This document shows positions 17,379 to 28,059 of a DNA stretch of 63,790 nt, one piece after another (the first letter of the stretch is position 1; each line of letters opens with the position of its first letter). Both the position numbers and the translations under genes were made by a program. Below the pieces are notes generated by a model. That model was not told where the DNA came from and ran no database searches. It saw nothing but the letters and a program-made list of their open reading frames with translations. This DNA comes from Gammaproteobacteria bacterium (GTDB lineage: Bacteria; Pseudomonadota; Gammaproteobacteria; Steroidobacterales; JABDMI01), in assembly GCA_013001575.1 (NCBI GenBank), contig JABDMI010000127.1:1-63790 (forward strand), read 5' to 3'.

Positions 17379-20300
17379 ATGGATATTTCTGTCCAACAAA
17401 ATCCAGATATGGCTAAAGCCATGTCCAGTCTTGAACAAGAATACTTTAATCTTGCCAGAAACGGTTTGCTTTGGGAAAATGAAATAGACCTGTTTTTCCG
17501 CAATGCCTGCAAGGTAGTAAGTGATGCCTTAGGGGCTGAACGTTGTGGCATATTTTTTCTGAATAACGAGAACAAGTCACTTCGTCAAATTACCCAATAC
17601 ACAGCATCCAATAAATCGCATAGTTTGGGGTTAAACCTCAAAAAGCGTAATTATCCCGAATACTTTGACCTGATCGAGAACACTCGTTTGATCGCGATCA
17701 ACGATGCCAAGCACGATAATCGCTCCCAAGAATTCAATACAAGCTATTTTGAACCGCTTGATATAGCAGCCAAACTCGACTGCACCTTAATTAAAACCGG
17801 AAAGATTATCGGTGTCTTGAGCATCGAAGATGGACCAAACCCGCGCGTGTGGAATGAAGCGGACAAACATTTTGCCTTATTGGTCGCCGATCTGGTATCG
17901 CAACGTTTGCTTTATGAAGAATTAAAATCAAAAAGCACTTATTATTCTGAACTCAGCGCTTTTGATGAAGCTTTATTAAATGCTTCTACCTATTGTATTA
18001 TTTCGCTGGATGAGAGTGGTCAAGTTAGAACCATTAACCAAGCAGCATGTCACCTTTTAGGCTATAGCAGTGAAGACATTATTGGCAAAGATTTTTGCGC
18101 AAACCTGCTTGGTGTACCAAGTGATGATCAATTAAAAAATGAAAACACCATGGAGCTTCCTGCACTATTGAATTTTGATATGTTCAAACAACGTATCAAG
18201 GAAGGTCATGATAAGGACTCGGAATGTTTTTTCAGACACTCTCACGGACACAACATCCCGGTCAGCATAAGTCTTAGCGAATTCAAAAAAACCGATGAAA
18301 GTGTCAGCGGCTATTTATGCATCGCCGCTGATATCACACAGCAGATTAGCACCCGCAAAGCACTGCAAGAAGAAGAAGCACGTTATCGTTTTGTTTTTGA
18401 AGGATCTGCTGATGCAATATTTTTGATGCAAGGCGACACCTTTGTTGATTGCAACAAGGCCAGCCTCAATATGTTTGGTTGCAGTCGTGGGCAACTCATA
18501 GCCAGCACCCCGATGAAGTTTTCACCAGAGTTTCAAGCGGATGGCAGGCGCTCCAATGAAAAAGCCCTGGAAAAGATCAATGCCGCACTTGATGGTCAAG
18601 CACAAAGTTTTGAATGGCTACACTGTCAATACGATGGCACACAATTTGATGCAGAAGTAACTTTGAATCTAGTCGAATTACACAATCAACCACATCTTTT
18701 GGCGAGTGTGCGCGATATCAGCCAAAGGAAATTATCCGAGCGTGAATTAGCCGAAACCCGTCAGCTGATCGTTCAAAAGAACATTAGCCTTGCCCTGTTA
18801 AATGAGCACTCAAATTTATTGCGCGAAACGGATTCTAAAGAACAGATTTATACAAAAACCATTTCAATTCTGCAGAAAATGCCGCAAGCTCCGCAAATTG
18901 CTATTTATGATATCGATGACAGTGCTGAGAATATGACTCTGTTCATGCAGGCCGGCTTTTCCATAGAGGTAGAGAACCAATTCGCGAATGTTCCCTTAAA
19001 TCTGGATATTCACAACGAGATCACGAAAAGTGGAACCCCCTTATACATTCCGGAATTACTGAAAGACACACGCACCCTGCCTCACTTGCGAGAAGCACTG
19101 ATCAAATTGGGTATTCGCTCTCTTGCCCAGATTCCGGTAATGGAGAAGGCGGCGCGGGTAGCTGTCATCTATTTAACCTATACCGACGGCGATTGCCTGA
19201 ATGACGACGACCTTGAAACCCTGCACTCGCTGGGTAAAACGGTATCCTTGTCACTCGTGAATGCCAAAAACCGCTCTGAACTGGAATTCATTGCACACCA
19301 TGACTCACTCACGGGGCTGAGTAACCGCGCCTACTTTCACCAGCAGTTTAAACGTGACATTCTTAAAGGCGGTTATGAAGCAGCGGCCCTGTATTTACTC
19401 GACCTTGACCGCTTTAAGGAGATCAATGACACCCTGGGGCATTTTACCGGTGACAAGATCCTGCAACAGATTGGCTCACGTCTGAATAACATCAGTAACG
19501 AGAAGGAATATCTGATCAGTCGACTGGGTGGCGATGAATTCATTGTGGTTGTGTATGGCGTAAAAACTGCCGCCGAAGCCGAAGACTTTGCCCGGCGTAT
19601 AATCACGCGCCTGCAAAAACCCTTCAAAATAGACGATATGTCTCTGGAAGTGGATGCCAGTGTGGGGGTTGCGATATACCCTTACGATGGTCTGGACAGT
19701 AACGCCCTGTTGCGTTCGGCCGATGTCGCTATGTATCAAGCCAAGCGCTTAGGCACAGGCTTTGCATTCTATGACCAGGATCGGGATATCCATACTCCGG
19801 AACGGCTGGCAATGATCGCCGAGATGAGCAGCTCGATCAGTACCGGACAATTGTTTTTACATTATCAACCCAAATTAAACTTGTTGACCGATGAGATCAC
19901 AGGATTTGAAGCTTTGGCCCGTTGGGAACACCCGCGACTGGGCTTATTAGGTCCTAGTATGTTTATTCCCCTGATCGAAATGTCGAACTCGATATCGGTC
20001 TTAACCGAAGAAGTCTTGCATCAAGCCCTCGCACAACAAATGCAATGGCGTAAAAAAGGTCTGGACTACAGTATAGCCGTGAACATTTCCGCTCGCAGTC
20101 TGGTGGATGATGCTTTATTCCAGTTGCTCAAAGACTTGCTGGATTTTTATGACACGCCGCCAAAAATGCTGGAGCTGGAAATAACCGAAACCGCTTTAAT
20201 GCACGATACCTATCGAGCCGTTGAGTGCCTGACCCAGATCGCTGAACTCGGGGTGCAATTGTCGATCGATGATTTTGGCACGGGATATTCATCCCTGGCC

Positions 20301-20576
20301 TATTTACAAAACTTGCCCATCCACAAACTCAAACTCGATCGCGAATTTGTCATGGGCATGTTAACCAATGAGCAAGGTGCCTTGATCGTTGAAACCATTA
20401 TTTCACTGGCGAATGGTCTGGATCTGGAAGTAATTGCTGAAGGCGTAGAAGACAAAGATACTTTGGATAAATTACGCCAAATGAATTGCCACATGGCGCA
20501 GGGCTATTACATTTGTCATCCCAATTCCTGGGAAAGCATCGAACATTGGCTGACACGCACCAAGGAAATTTCCTGA
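17379..20576 (+). CDS. Multidomain c-di-GMP signalling protein (GAF-PAS-PAS-GAF-GGDEF-EAL)
   Basis: 1065 aa. Has intact RLGGDEFIVV (GGDEF) and FEALARWEHP...DDFGTGYSSL (EAL) motifs. The PAS and GAF regions are inferred from spacing and sequence character. Confidence 0.85.
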   Translation: MDISVQQNPDMAKAMSSLEQEYFNLARNGLLWENEIDLFFRNACKVVSDALGAERCGIFFLNNENKSLRQITQYTASNKSHSLGLNLKKRNYPEYFDLIENTRLIAINDAKHDNRSQEFNTSYFEPLDIAAKLDCTLIKTGKIIGVLSIEDGPNPRVWNEADKHFALLVADLVSQRLLYEELKSKSTYYSELSAFDEALLNASTYCIISLDESGQVRTINQAACHLLGYSSEDIIGKDFCANLLGVPSDDQLKNENTMELPALLNFDMFKQRIKEGHDKDSECFFRHSHGHNIPVSISLSEFKKTDESVSGYLCIAADITQQISTRKALQEEEARYRFVFEGSADAIFLMQGDTFVDCNKASLNMFGCSRGQLIASTPMKFSPEFQADGRRSNEKALEKINAALDGQAQSFEWLHCQYDGTQFDAEVTLNLVELHNQPHLLASVRDISQRKLSERELAETRQLIVQKNISLALLNEHSNLLRETDSKEQIYTKTISILQKMPQAPQIAIYDIDDSAENMTLFMQAGFSIEVENQFANVPLNLDIHNEITKSGTPLYIPELLKDTRTLPHLREALIKLGIRSLAQIPVMEKAARVAVIYLTYTDGDCLNDDDLETLHSLGKTVSLSLVNAKNRSELEFIAHHDSLTGLSNRAYFHQQFKRDILKGGYEAAALYLLDLDRFKEINDTLGHFTGDKILQQIGSRLNNISNEKEYLISRLGGDEFIVVVYGVKTAAEAEDFARRIITRLQKPFKIDDMSLEVDASVGVAIYPYDGLDSNALLRSADVAMYQAKRLGTGFAFYDQDRDIHTPERLAMIAEMSSSISTGQLFLHYQPKLNLLTDEITGFEALARWEHPRLGLLGPSMFIPLIEMSNSISVLTEEVLHQALAQQMQWRKKGLDYSIAVNISARSLVDDALFQLLKDLLDFYDTPPKMLELEITETALMHDTYRAVECLTQIAELGVQLSIDDFGTGYSSLAYLQNLPIHKLKLDREFVMGMLTNEQGALIVETIISLANGLDLEVIAEGVEDKDTLDKLRQMNCHMAQGYYICHPNSWESIEHWLTRTKEIS

Positions 20577-20607
20577 GTCCCGGTTAAGCTTCACAAACCA
20601 CATATTC

Positions 20608-22449
20608 TCAAGCAACATCCGCCTTTTTCGCCATACGCCCTTCGCGTTTGCGCTCATGCTCTTTCAGGAATTTTTTACGCAAGCGAATACTTTGCGGGGT
20701 GACTTCCACAAGCTCATCGTCATTGATGAATTCCAGAGCCTGCTCGAGTGAGAATTTGATCGGAGGCGTCAGGATCAAGCTTTCATCCGTACCGGCCGCC
20801 CGAATATTGGTTAGCTGCTTGGCTTTAGTCGGATTGACGGCCAGATCATTGTCGCGCGAATGGATTCCAACCAACATGCCTTCGTATATTTCTTCTGCAT
20901 GCCCGATAAACAAACGTCCACGCTCTTGCAGATTAAATAAAGCATAGGCAAGTGACTTACCTGCAAGCATAGAGACCAATACGCCTTTTTGGCGTTGGCC
21001 AATATCCATTTTGACCCGACTGTCATAGCCATCAAAAATACTATAGATCAATCCGGTACCCGCTGTTGCGGTTAAATACTCGGTGCGAAAACCGATCAAG
21101 CCACGCGATGGAATGCGGTATTCCAGGCGCAAGCGGCCTTTTCCATCTGGCAGCATACTTAGCATTTGTCCTTTTCTGTCCGCCATGCGAGATATGACAT
21201 TGCCCTGGTGTTCTTCAGCGAAATCCAGGGTAACTTGCTCATACGGTTCCTGCAGTTCACCATCGATCTCACGCACAATAACTTCGGGGCGCGAAACCGC
21301 CAATTCAAATCCTTCACGGCGCATGCTTTCCAGTAACACCGAAAGGTGTAACTCACCGCGACCCGAAACCCGGAATTTGTCCGGGTCATTCATTTCCTCG
21401 ACTCGTAAGGCAACGTTATGCAGTAGTTCCTGATCCAGACGCTCTTTGATCTGGCGGCTGGTCAGGAATTTTCCTTCCTTGCCGGCAAAGGGTGACTTGT
21501 TGACCTGGAAAACCATCGAAATGGTGGGTTCATCAACACTCAAGGGCGGCAAGGCCTCTGCCTGATCTCGCTCGCAAACGGTGTCTGAAATGTAAAGTTC
21601 TTGCACACCGCTGAACACAATAATGTCACCGGCCTGTGCCTGTTCAACCGGCACTCGTTCAAGGCCATGGAAACCGAATATCTCCAAGACGCGAGCCTGT
21701 CTGGTCTTGCCCTCACGGTCAATAATGCTCACTGGCGTATTTGGCGTAATTTTGCCACGGGTGATCCTGCCAATACCAAGCAAGCCGGTGTAGGTGTCAT
21801 AGGTCAGACTGGAAACTTGCAATTGCAATGGGCCGCTCACATCAACTTTTGGTGCTGGCACATGTTTTGTGATGGCTTCAAATAAAGGTGTCATGTCACC
21901 ATCGGTTACGTTATCTTCCAAGCTCGCAAAACCATTCAGTGCCGAGGCGTACACCACCGGAAAATCCAGTTGTTCATCACTCGCACCAAGATTGTCAAAA
22001 AGTTCAAAAGTTTGATCCAGAACCCAGTCTGTGCGTGCCCCAGGTCGGTCGATCTTGTTGATCACCACCAGAGGAGTAAAGCCCTGCTCAAAGGCTTTTT
22101 GGGTAACAAAACGGGTTTGCGGCATTGGGCCATCGACAGCGTCAACCAGCAACAGCACGGAATCGACCATGGATAAGACTCGCTCAACTTCACCGCCAAA
22201 ATCGGCGTGTCCCGGTGTATCGACAATGTTTATGCGCCAATCATTCCAGGCAATGGCTGTATTCTTGGAAAGAATCGTGATGCCGCGCTCTTTCTCCTGG
22301 TCATTGGAATCCATGACCCGTTCACCAAGATTTTCACGAGCGTCCAAGGTACCAGACTGCCGCAGTAGTTGATCAACCAGGGTAGTTTTGCCGTGATCGA
22401 CGTGAGCAATAATGGCTATGTTACGTAATTTAGAAATATCGTTATGCAT
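20608..22449 (-). CDS. typA: Translational GTPase TypA/BipA
   Basis: 613 aa. [29 protein letters not shown] and NKIDR G-motifs. EF-G-like domains without domain IV. Confidence 0.95.
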   Translation of the reverse strand: MHNDISKLRNIAIIAHVDHGKTTLVDQLLRQSGTLDARENLGERVMDSNDQEKERGITILSKNTAIAWNDWRINIVDTPGHADFGGEVERVLSMVDSVLLLVDAVDGPMPQTRFVTQKAFEQGFTPLVVINKIDRPGARTDWVLDQTFELFDNLGASDEQLDFPVVYASALNGFASLEDNVTDGDMTPLFEAITKHVPAPKVDVSGPLQLQVSSLTYDTYTGLLGIGRITRGKITPNTPVSIIDREGKTRQARVLEIFGFHGLERVPVEQAQAGDIIVFSGVQELYISDTVCERDQAEALPPLSVDEPTISMVFQVNKSPFAGKEGKFLTSRQIKERLDQELLHNVALRVEEMNDPDKFRVSGRGELHLSVLLESMRREGFELAVSRPEVIVREIDGELQEPYEQVTLDFAEEHQGNVISRMADRKGQMLSMLPDGKGRLRLEYRIPSRGLIGFRTEYLTATAGTGLIYSIFDGYDSRVKMDIGQRQKGVLVSMLAGKSLAYALFNLQERGRLFIGHAEEIYEGMLVGIHSRDNDLAVNPTKAKQLTNIRAAGTDESLILTPPIKFSLEQALEFINDDELVEVTPQSIRLRKKFLKEHERKREGRMAKKADVA

Positions 22450-22609
22450 AAAGCATCCAGTCTTTTGTATAAAAATGACAGATTTAAAAGTAAATTTGCG
22501 GGAATTTGTGGAAATCGCCTTAGCGATAGTGTGATTTGTCAGGCGCGCATTATAGTGCCTTAGAGCACTCTGTGCTCAGGCTTCATCAGGAAATACAGTA
22601 ATTTAGGGC

Positions 22610-23074
22610 CTAGTCTTTTTTCAAAGGGTCGTCTGGCCAATCAGGACGACGGAACTGGTCAGTGGCCTCTTGTAATCGACGCAATTTTTCCAGTTTCTCT
22701 TTTTGCCATTTTTCAGCCGCGATCTCGGCCTGGATCTGGCGCGTTACTTCATCGAGTGGATCTGATGGTTTTTCAGTAAAGTCGCTGGCCGCTTCAATAT
22801 TCAGGGGATCAAGATCGCGAATTACCGGCTTGCTAGGCTTTTTTGGTGCTGGCAGATCAGGGAGATCTGGCAAGCTATCGGGTATCTCGTTCATGGCCTG
22901 GATCTCAACCGTTTCGACAAATCGCTTTTTCGGTTTTAGATCAAATTCTTCGGCTAGAATCTCGTCCGTGGTTTCGTGTTCACTCCACAATTCATCGGCA
23001 TCACGAAATCCTGCATCGGCATCGCGCAATGCTTTCTTTTTGCTACCAAACAGCTTTTTAAAAAATCCACCCAT
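22610..23074 (-). CDS. Hypothetical acidic protein
   Basis: 154 aa. GGAG SD 8 nt upstream. Amphipathic basic N-terminus (MGGFFKKLFGSKKK), then an acidic, Pro-rich and probably disordered body. No recognised family. Confidence 0.55.
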   Translation of the reverse strand: MGGFFKKLFGSKKKALRDADAGFRDADELWSEHETTDEILAEEFDLKPKKRFVETVEIQAMNEIPDSLPDLPDLPAPKKPSKPVIRDLDPLNIEAASDFTEKPSDPLDEVTRQIQAEIAAEKWQKEKLEKLRRLQEATDQFRRPDWPDDPLKKD

Positions 23075-23177
23075 TCATTGACTCCATGATTAACAAAATC
23101 ATCCCAAATTTAACCCCGTCTGACAAGCCCCGAGAGTGAAAATTTATGACTTTTTGACAAAAATACTCTATTTCCGT

Positions 23178-23627
23178 TCAGCGTTTGCTGACTTTTTTAC
23201 TCACACCCCAGATTCGCATGGCGTCCACACATTTTTCTGAAAATAATTTCTTAATACCCGGTGAGACACCCGGCTTGAACTGAATCTCGTGTAAATCCAG
23301 TTTTTTAGTGCGTGCCGCGGAATACGGCGATGTTGCAATGTAATATTTTCGAGCAACCAGATTTTCTCTAAAAAACTGGTATACACTTTGTGGTCTGGGA
23401 TCTGCATAACGAATAACACTTGGGCTGCGCCAGGTGATCATACTGCGGCGAATTCGCGGATTGCATTCGACTGAACCCAGTGGCGATGAGACGCCATTGA
23501 TTACACCTGTGAGAATACGAAATGGTCGTTTACCAGTCCGCTTGAAATTACCATCTGTACTGCTCTCATACAGGGTAATTATAAAATAGCCGTTCATGTC
23601 TTCCAGAACGGGAATCGAAACAACCAC
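23178..23627 (-). CDS. Hypothetical protein
   Basis: 149 aa. GTG start preceded by AAGGTGG. No motif I recognise. Confidence 0.45.
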   Translation of the reverse strand: MVVSIPVLEDMNGYFIITLYESSTDGNFKRTGKRPFRILTGVINGVSSPLGSVECNPRIRRSMITWRSPSVIRYADPRPQSVYQFFRENLVARKYYIATSPYSAARTKKLDLHEIQFKPGVSPGIKKLFSEKCVDAMRIWGVSKKVSKR

Positions 23628-23791
23628 AGCCCCACCTTTTGCCTATTTGCGAATTCCAATTAAGATCGTTGAAGTTCGCGAATTATATTTAGCAGTTTTT
23701 ATTGAATTTTAGTTTATTGCTATCCATGCGAGTTATTCGAACATTATAGGATGCTATACGGATAATTGGCACGCATTAGCAATTTCCAGGG

Positions 23792-24091
23792 CTATATCAC
23801 CTTAATGTAATAAAGACCGACCAGACCCAAACTTCCCCACATCACAAATTGCCAGATAAAGCGCGAGGATTTCTGTTTTTGACTGGTGATAAAACCCATC
23901 CACGCAACAACCGTGAGAGGTATAAAAATAGCTATATGCCTGGGGATCAATTTGAGCTCGCTGCTGACCCTTGCACTGATCTCGGGATCTTGTGCAGATA
24001 GGAATAAAAGCCCCCAGACGGCAATCAAACAAATACTGATTGCCAGGCAACTACCGAGAATAATAAGAGTCAATACTGTAATTGGTCGCAT
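23792..24091 (-). CDS. Hypothetical small membrane protein (3 predicted TM)
   Basis: 99 aa hydrophobic ORF with no clear SD. A sigma-54-like motif lies antisense just downstream (see rejected list). Confidence 0.4.
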   Translation of the reverse strand: MRPITVLTLIILGSCLAISICLIAVWGLLFLSAQDPEISARVSSELKLIPRHIAIFIPLTVVAWMGFITSQKQKSSRFIWQFVMWGSLGLVGLYYIKVI

Positions 24092-24287
24092 AATTATGTG
24101 AAATTGGCTTTAGAATTAAGTCCTAAGACATTGATAAATTGTAAATTTTACAGGAATGTCGTGAATGTGTTGAGTAATTCCTTGATATCATATCAATTAG
24201 AAACATAGTGACCAAAGTCACCTCTGGCAATTTTTTTCAATCTCCAGGGTCTTTATTGAATAACAACTCGTGTTTGTGGATTAATGT

Positions 24288-26495
24288 ATGCGTAAAATTT
24301 TATTTATCGGGGTAATTATTGCAATCGGTTTAACCGGGGTATTTCTGAGCTCTCAGTTAATGTCCTCTCCCGATAATGTCCTGACTGCCGAGGTTTCGGA
24401 GACAAAATCAAGCCAGGTCAGAGCCCCGGTCGAAACACCTGTGCTAATACCCGAAAAACTGAGTCCAACCGAGACGCATCGTAAAATTGCGCGTAATGTG
24501 ATCAAGAAAACCACTCGAGGTCACTACGCACAAAAATCCCTGAATCTTGAAATATCGCAAACCGCATTTGATCGTTACATAGAATTGCTCGATGGCAACA
24601 AACATTACTTTCTAGCCGGTGACATTAAAAAATTCACAAAATTCCGCGATGAATATTTAATCGCGGTCAGTTCCGGTAAAGCCACCCGAGCATTCGACTT
24701 ATTCAAAATTTATCAAGAGCGTGTGCGCGATCGTATGCAATATTCAATCGACTTGCTTGATGCCCAACCCGACCTCAAAGGCAGTGATTATTATGTTCAA
24801 GATCGCGAAAACCTGGACTGGGCAAGTAACCAGGAAGAATGGGACACGCTCTGGCGCCAGCGGGTTACCCATGATGTGATCAATCAACTACTCGCCGATA
24901 AGGAATGGGAAGAAGTTAAAAAAACCCTGACCACACGTTATCGCACTGCTTTGCGCCAAGTCGATCAACAACAATCTGATGATGTATTTCAGTTATTCAT
25001 CAATGCCTACATTGACTCACTGGATCCACATTCGGGTTATTTCAGCCCTAAAAATGAAGACGAGCGCAACATTCAATCCAGCCTGACCTATTCCGGTATT
25101 GGAGCCAGCCTGAATATGCAAGACGAATATGTCACGGTCGCCAATATCATTCCGGGAGGACCTGCTCAATTGACTGAACTGGTCAAAGTTGATGACCACA
25201 TCATTGGCGTTGGTCAAGAAGGCGAAGAGATCCAGGAAGTGTTTGGCTGGAGGCTTGACGACGTTGTGCAACTTATACGTGGCCCGATTGACACTAAAGT
25301 ACATTTACGTTTGATTCGTGATGAGGCCGGCGTTGGCGAGAATGAGATCGAGATCGAGCTCATACGTAATCAGATAAAACTGGAAGCCCAGGCCGCTAAA
25401 AAAGAAATTTTGGACCTTGAGCATAATGGCGAACAGTATAAGCTCGGGGTTATTGCCATTCCCAGTTTTTATCAGGATTACCGTGGCAAATGGGCCGGCG
25501 ATCCCAATTACAAAAGCACCACCAAAGACGTTTACAAATTGATCCAGGAGCTTGCTGAAGAAAAAACCGACGGCTTGATCATCGACTTGAGAAATAATGG
25601 CGGAGGTAATCTAGAAGAGGCCATAAATCTGACCGGCTTATTTATTGACGAAGGTCCAATTGTTCAGTTTCGCGCAGCACGCAGTCGCGCCCAGGTGTAT
25701 GAAGACAGCAATCAATTAACCCGGATCGCCTACAACGGGCCATTAACCGTATTGGTGAACCGTTATAGTGCTTCGGCTTCAGAGATCTTCGCGGCCGCAA
25801 TTCAGGATTACCAGCGTGGTGTTATCGTTGGACAAACAACATTTGGCAAGGGCACCGTACAAGAACAAATACCTTTGGATAATATTTTTAACAAAAATGA
25901 ACGCTTCGGATTATTATCCTTAACCATTGGGAAATTTTATCGCGTCAACGGTGGCAGCACTCAACACCGCGGGGTAATCCCGGACATCGAATTACCGTCG
26001 TATATTTCCATCGAAGACGTTGGTGAAAGTTCTGAACACAATGCCCTGCCCTGGGACCAGATCCCGCAAAGTAAATATCAGCAAAGTGGTTTCATCAAAC
26101 CCGATCTGATCAGTGACTTGCAACAAAAGCAGTCTCAACGAGCCATGGTTGATCCCGATATGATCTATTTGCAGACCGACATTGCATCAATTCAGGAATT
26201 ACGTAAACGTAAAAGCTTTTCCTTGAATCTCGAGCAAAGGAAAGCAGAACGCAAATACAATGAGCAACAACGTGTAAAACGTGAAAATATTCGTCGCACT
26301 GCCCGGGGACTTGAACAGATTGAAAAGTTATCGGATATACAAGAAGACGATGTACTTGATGTTCAATTAAATCAAGCCAGCCTGATCATGGCTGACCTAT
26401 TGTCGCTGCCTTTTACTGACAGTATTTATCGCAACGCCCAAACTCGCGTCAACAAGCAACCCGACAATGCGTATGCAACCAGCCCGATTAATTAA
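24288..26495 (+). CDS. prc: Carboxy-terminal processing (tail-specific) protease Prc
   Basis: 735 aa. Signal anchor, PDZ region and an S41 core (DLRNNGGG, SASASEIFAAAIQDYQRG, TFGKGTVQ). Confidence 0.9.
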   Translation: MRKILFIGVIIAIGLTGVFLSSQLMSSPDNVLTAEVSETKSSQVRAPVETPVLIPEKLSPTETHRKIARNVIKKTTRGHYAQKSLNLEISQTAFDRYIELLDGNKHYFLAGDIKKFTKFRDEYLIAVSSGKATRAFDLFKIYQERVRDRMQYSIDLLDAQPDLKGSDYYVQDRENLDWASNQEEWDTLWRQRVTHDVINQLLADKEWEEVKKTLTTRYRTALRQVDQQQSDDVFQLFINAYIDSLDPHSGYFSPKNEDERNIQSSLTYSGIGASLNMQDEYVTVANIIPGGPAQLTELVKVDDHIIGVGQEGEEIQEVFGWRLDDVVQLIRGPIDTKVHLRLIRDEAGVGENEIEIELIRNQIKLEAQAAKKEILDLEHNGEQYKLGVIAIPSFYQDYRGKWAGDPNYKSTTKDVYKLIQELAEEKTDGLIIDLRNNGGGNLEEAINLTGLFIDEGPIVQFRAARSRAQVYEDSNQLTRIAYNGPLTVLVNRYSASASEIFAAAIQDYQRGVIVGQTTFGKGTVQEQIPLDNIFNKNERFGLLSLTIGKFYRVNGGSTQHRGVIPDIELPSYISIEDVGESSEHNALPWDQIPQSKYQQSGFIKPDLISDLQQKQSQRAMVDPDMIYLQTDIASIQELRKRKSFSLNLEQRKAERKYNEQQRVKRENIRRTARGLEQIEKLSDIQEDDVLDVQLNQASLIMADLLSLPFTDSIYRNAQTRVNKQPDNAYATSPIN

Positions 26496-26752
26496 TTGAT
26501 CAGAGTTAACGATATTCGTCATGGACCTGAAATACATATCATGCTTATACGGATAATTACTTGAAATTCATGCAAATCGACAACTTTGCTAAAAATATTG
26601 GCTGTTTAATGTACAAATTGCAGGCAATAAAATTAGATTCAAAGGAATAATTCATTGTTTTTATTAGGTTTATCAAGATTTAACAGTTTGTTGCACTTTG
26701 GTAGTTTGGTGTTATACTCTACTACAACACTAATTCACACAAGGTCATTCTA

Positions 26753-28057
26753 GTGCAAAACTCAGCATTTGAAACGCCCCAGCCGTCACGATTCAAGAAA
26801 TTCCTGAAATCTCTGGTATTTTTCTTACCTTTGTTAGCATTACTTGGCTTACTGTATAGCGGCAACGTCCAATTCGGACCAGGCAGTGATAACCAGCAAT
26901 CCAGTCAAAATGACAAAAACAGCGATACATCAAACAAAGATCGCCGACGTAATGGTAAAAATGGCGACAAACAAGAAAAAGAGATCAAAATTCCCGTTGA
27001 AACCAATCTTCCAGGCACAGGTACCCTGTATGCGTATTACAGCGGAACCGCAAGCTTGTACGCGGAAAATAAAACCGAAGTAGCTGCCAAGATCGGCGGT
27101 CAAGTGGTACGCATTCTGGTTGAAGAAGGCGATATTGTGAAAGCCGGACAAGAACTTGCCACCATTGAAGCTGACCGTTATCAACTTGAAATGCAACGGG
27201 CCGAAGCAAACTTGAATAAAATTACTCAAGAAATTACGCGCAAACAAGAACTGTATGAGCAAAAACTGATTCCCCGTGACAGTTTTGAAAGTTTACGTTA
27301 CGACAAACAAAGTGCGGAAGCTGCATTGGCACTCGCCAAACTCGACCTTAGTCATACCCGTATTCGTGCACCGATCTCAGGCATCATTTCATCCCGAATG
27401 GTGCAAAAAGGCAATACTCTGGGTGTAAATCAAAGCGTGTATGAGATCACCAGTTTGAAATCATTGCAAGCTGATCTGTTTGTACCGGAACGCGAACTGA
27501 GTCGCATCAAGATCGGGCAACAGGCCAAGGTAAGTTTTGACGCTTTACAAACCGAGGACCAGACCCCGATCATTGCAAGCATCAAACGCATAAGTCCGGT
27601 GATCGATTCCAAGACCGGTACTTTCAAAACCACTCTTGAACTGGACAATTCGGCAGGTTTTTTTAAACCCGGGATGTTTGGACGCTTTAATGTGGTGTTT
27701 GGTGAGCACGCTAATGTAATGACCTTGCCGCGTAACGCAATTCTCGAACTTGATAGTGAACGCTCTGTTTTTCATATCGTTGATGACAAAGCGAAAAAGA
27801 TAGCAATCCAGACCGGTTATGAGAACAATGGCGTGGTTGAGATCACATCGGGACTAACCGGAGACGAAGCGGTAGTCATTCTTGGTCAGGCCGGACTGCG
27901 AGTTGGTACCAAAGTGAATGTGGTTAAAGGACCTAATCCACGCACTCCCGAATATCAGGCCGAACTCGACAAATTGAGCAAAGAAAAGTCCGATAACGAG
28001 GTCCAGGAAACCGCCAGTGACACTGACGGTGGCGATAGCAATAACGCAGGAGGCTGA
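26753..28057 (+). CDS. RND efflux membrane fusion (periplasmic adaptor) protein
   Basis: 434 aa. Lipoyl/hairpin/beta-barrel pattern (AKIGGQVVRILVEEGDIVKAGQELATIE, IRAPISGIIS). GTG start. Low-complexity N- and C-terminal tails. Confidence 0.85.
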   Translation: MQNSAFETPQPSRFKKFLKSLVFFLPLLALLGLLYSGNVQFGPGSDNQQSSQNDKNSDTSNKDRRRNGKNGDKQEKEIKIPVETNLPGTGTLYAYYSGTASLYAENKTEVAAKIGGQVVRILVEEGDIVKAGQELATIEADRYQLEMQRAEANLNKITQEITRKQELYEQKLIPRDSFESLRYDKQSAEAALALAKLDLSHTRIRAPISGIISSRMVQKGNTLGVNQSVYEITSLKSLQADLFVPERELSRIKIGQQAKVSFDALQTEDQTPIIASIKRISPVIDSKTGTFKTTLELDNSAGFFKPGMFGRFNVVFGEHANVMTLPRNAILELDSERSVFHIVDDKAKKIAIQTGYENNGVVEITSGLTGDEAVVILGQAGLRVGTKVNVVKGPNPRTPEYQAELDKLSKEKSDNEVQETASDTDGGDSNNAGG

Positions 28058-28059
28058 TC

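Noticed and set aside
22662-23081. 139-aa plus-strand ORF
   Set aside because: It is a Ser/Arg-rich antisense mirror of the acidic minus-strand ORF. The minus-strand ORF has a GGAG SD and a sensible composition.
23767-23781. Sigma-54-like TGGCACG-N4-TAGCA on the plus strand
   Set aside because: The -12 element is imperfect. There is no plus-strand gene for about 500 nt (prc starts at 24288). It would be antisense to the 99-aa ORF, and a chance match is likely.
23751-26558. 17/18-nt direct repeat atgct(t)atacggataatt at 23751-23767 and 26541-26558, flanking prc
   Set aside because: The exact core is only 13 nt. Dozens of such matches are expected by chance in 64 kb, and no other mobile-element signature is present.
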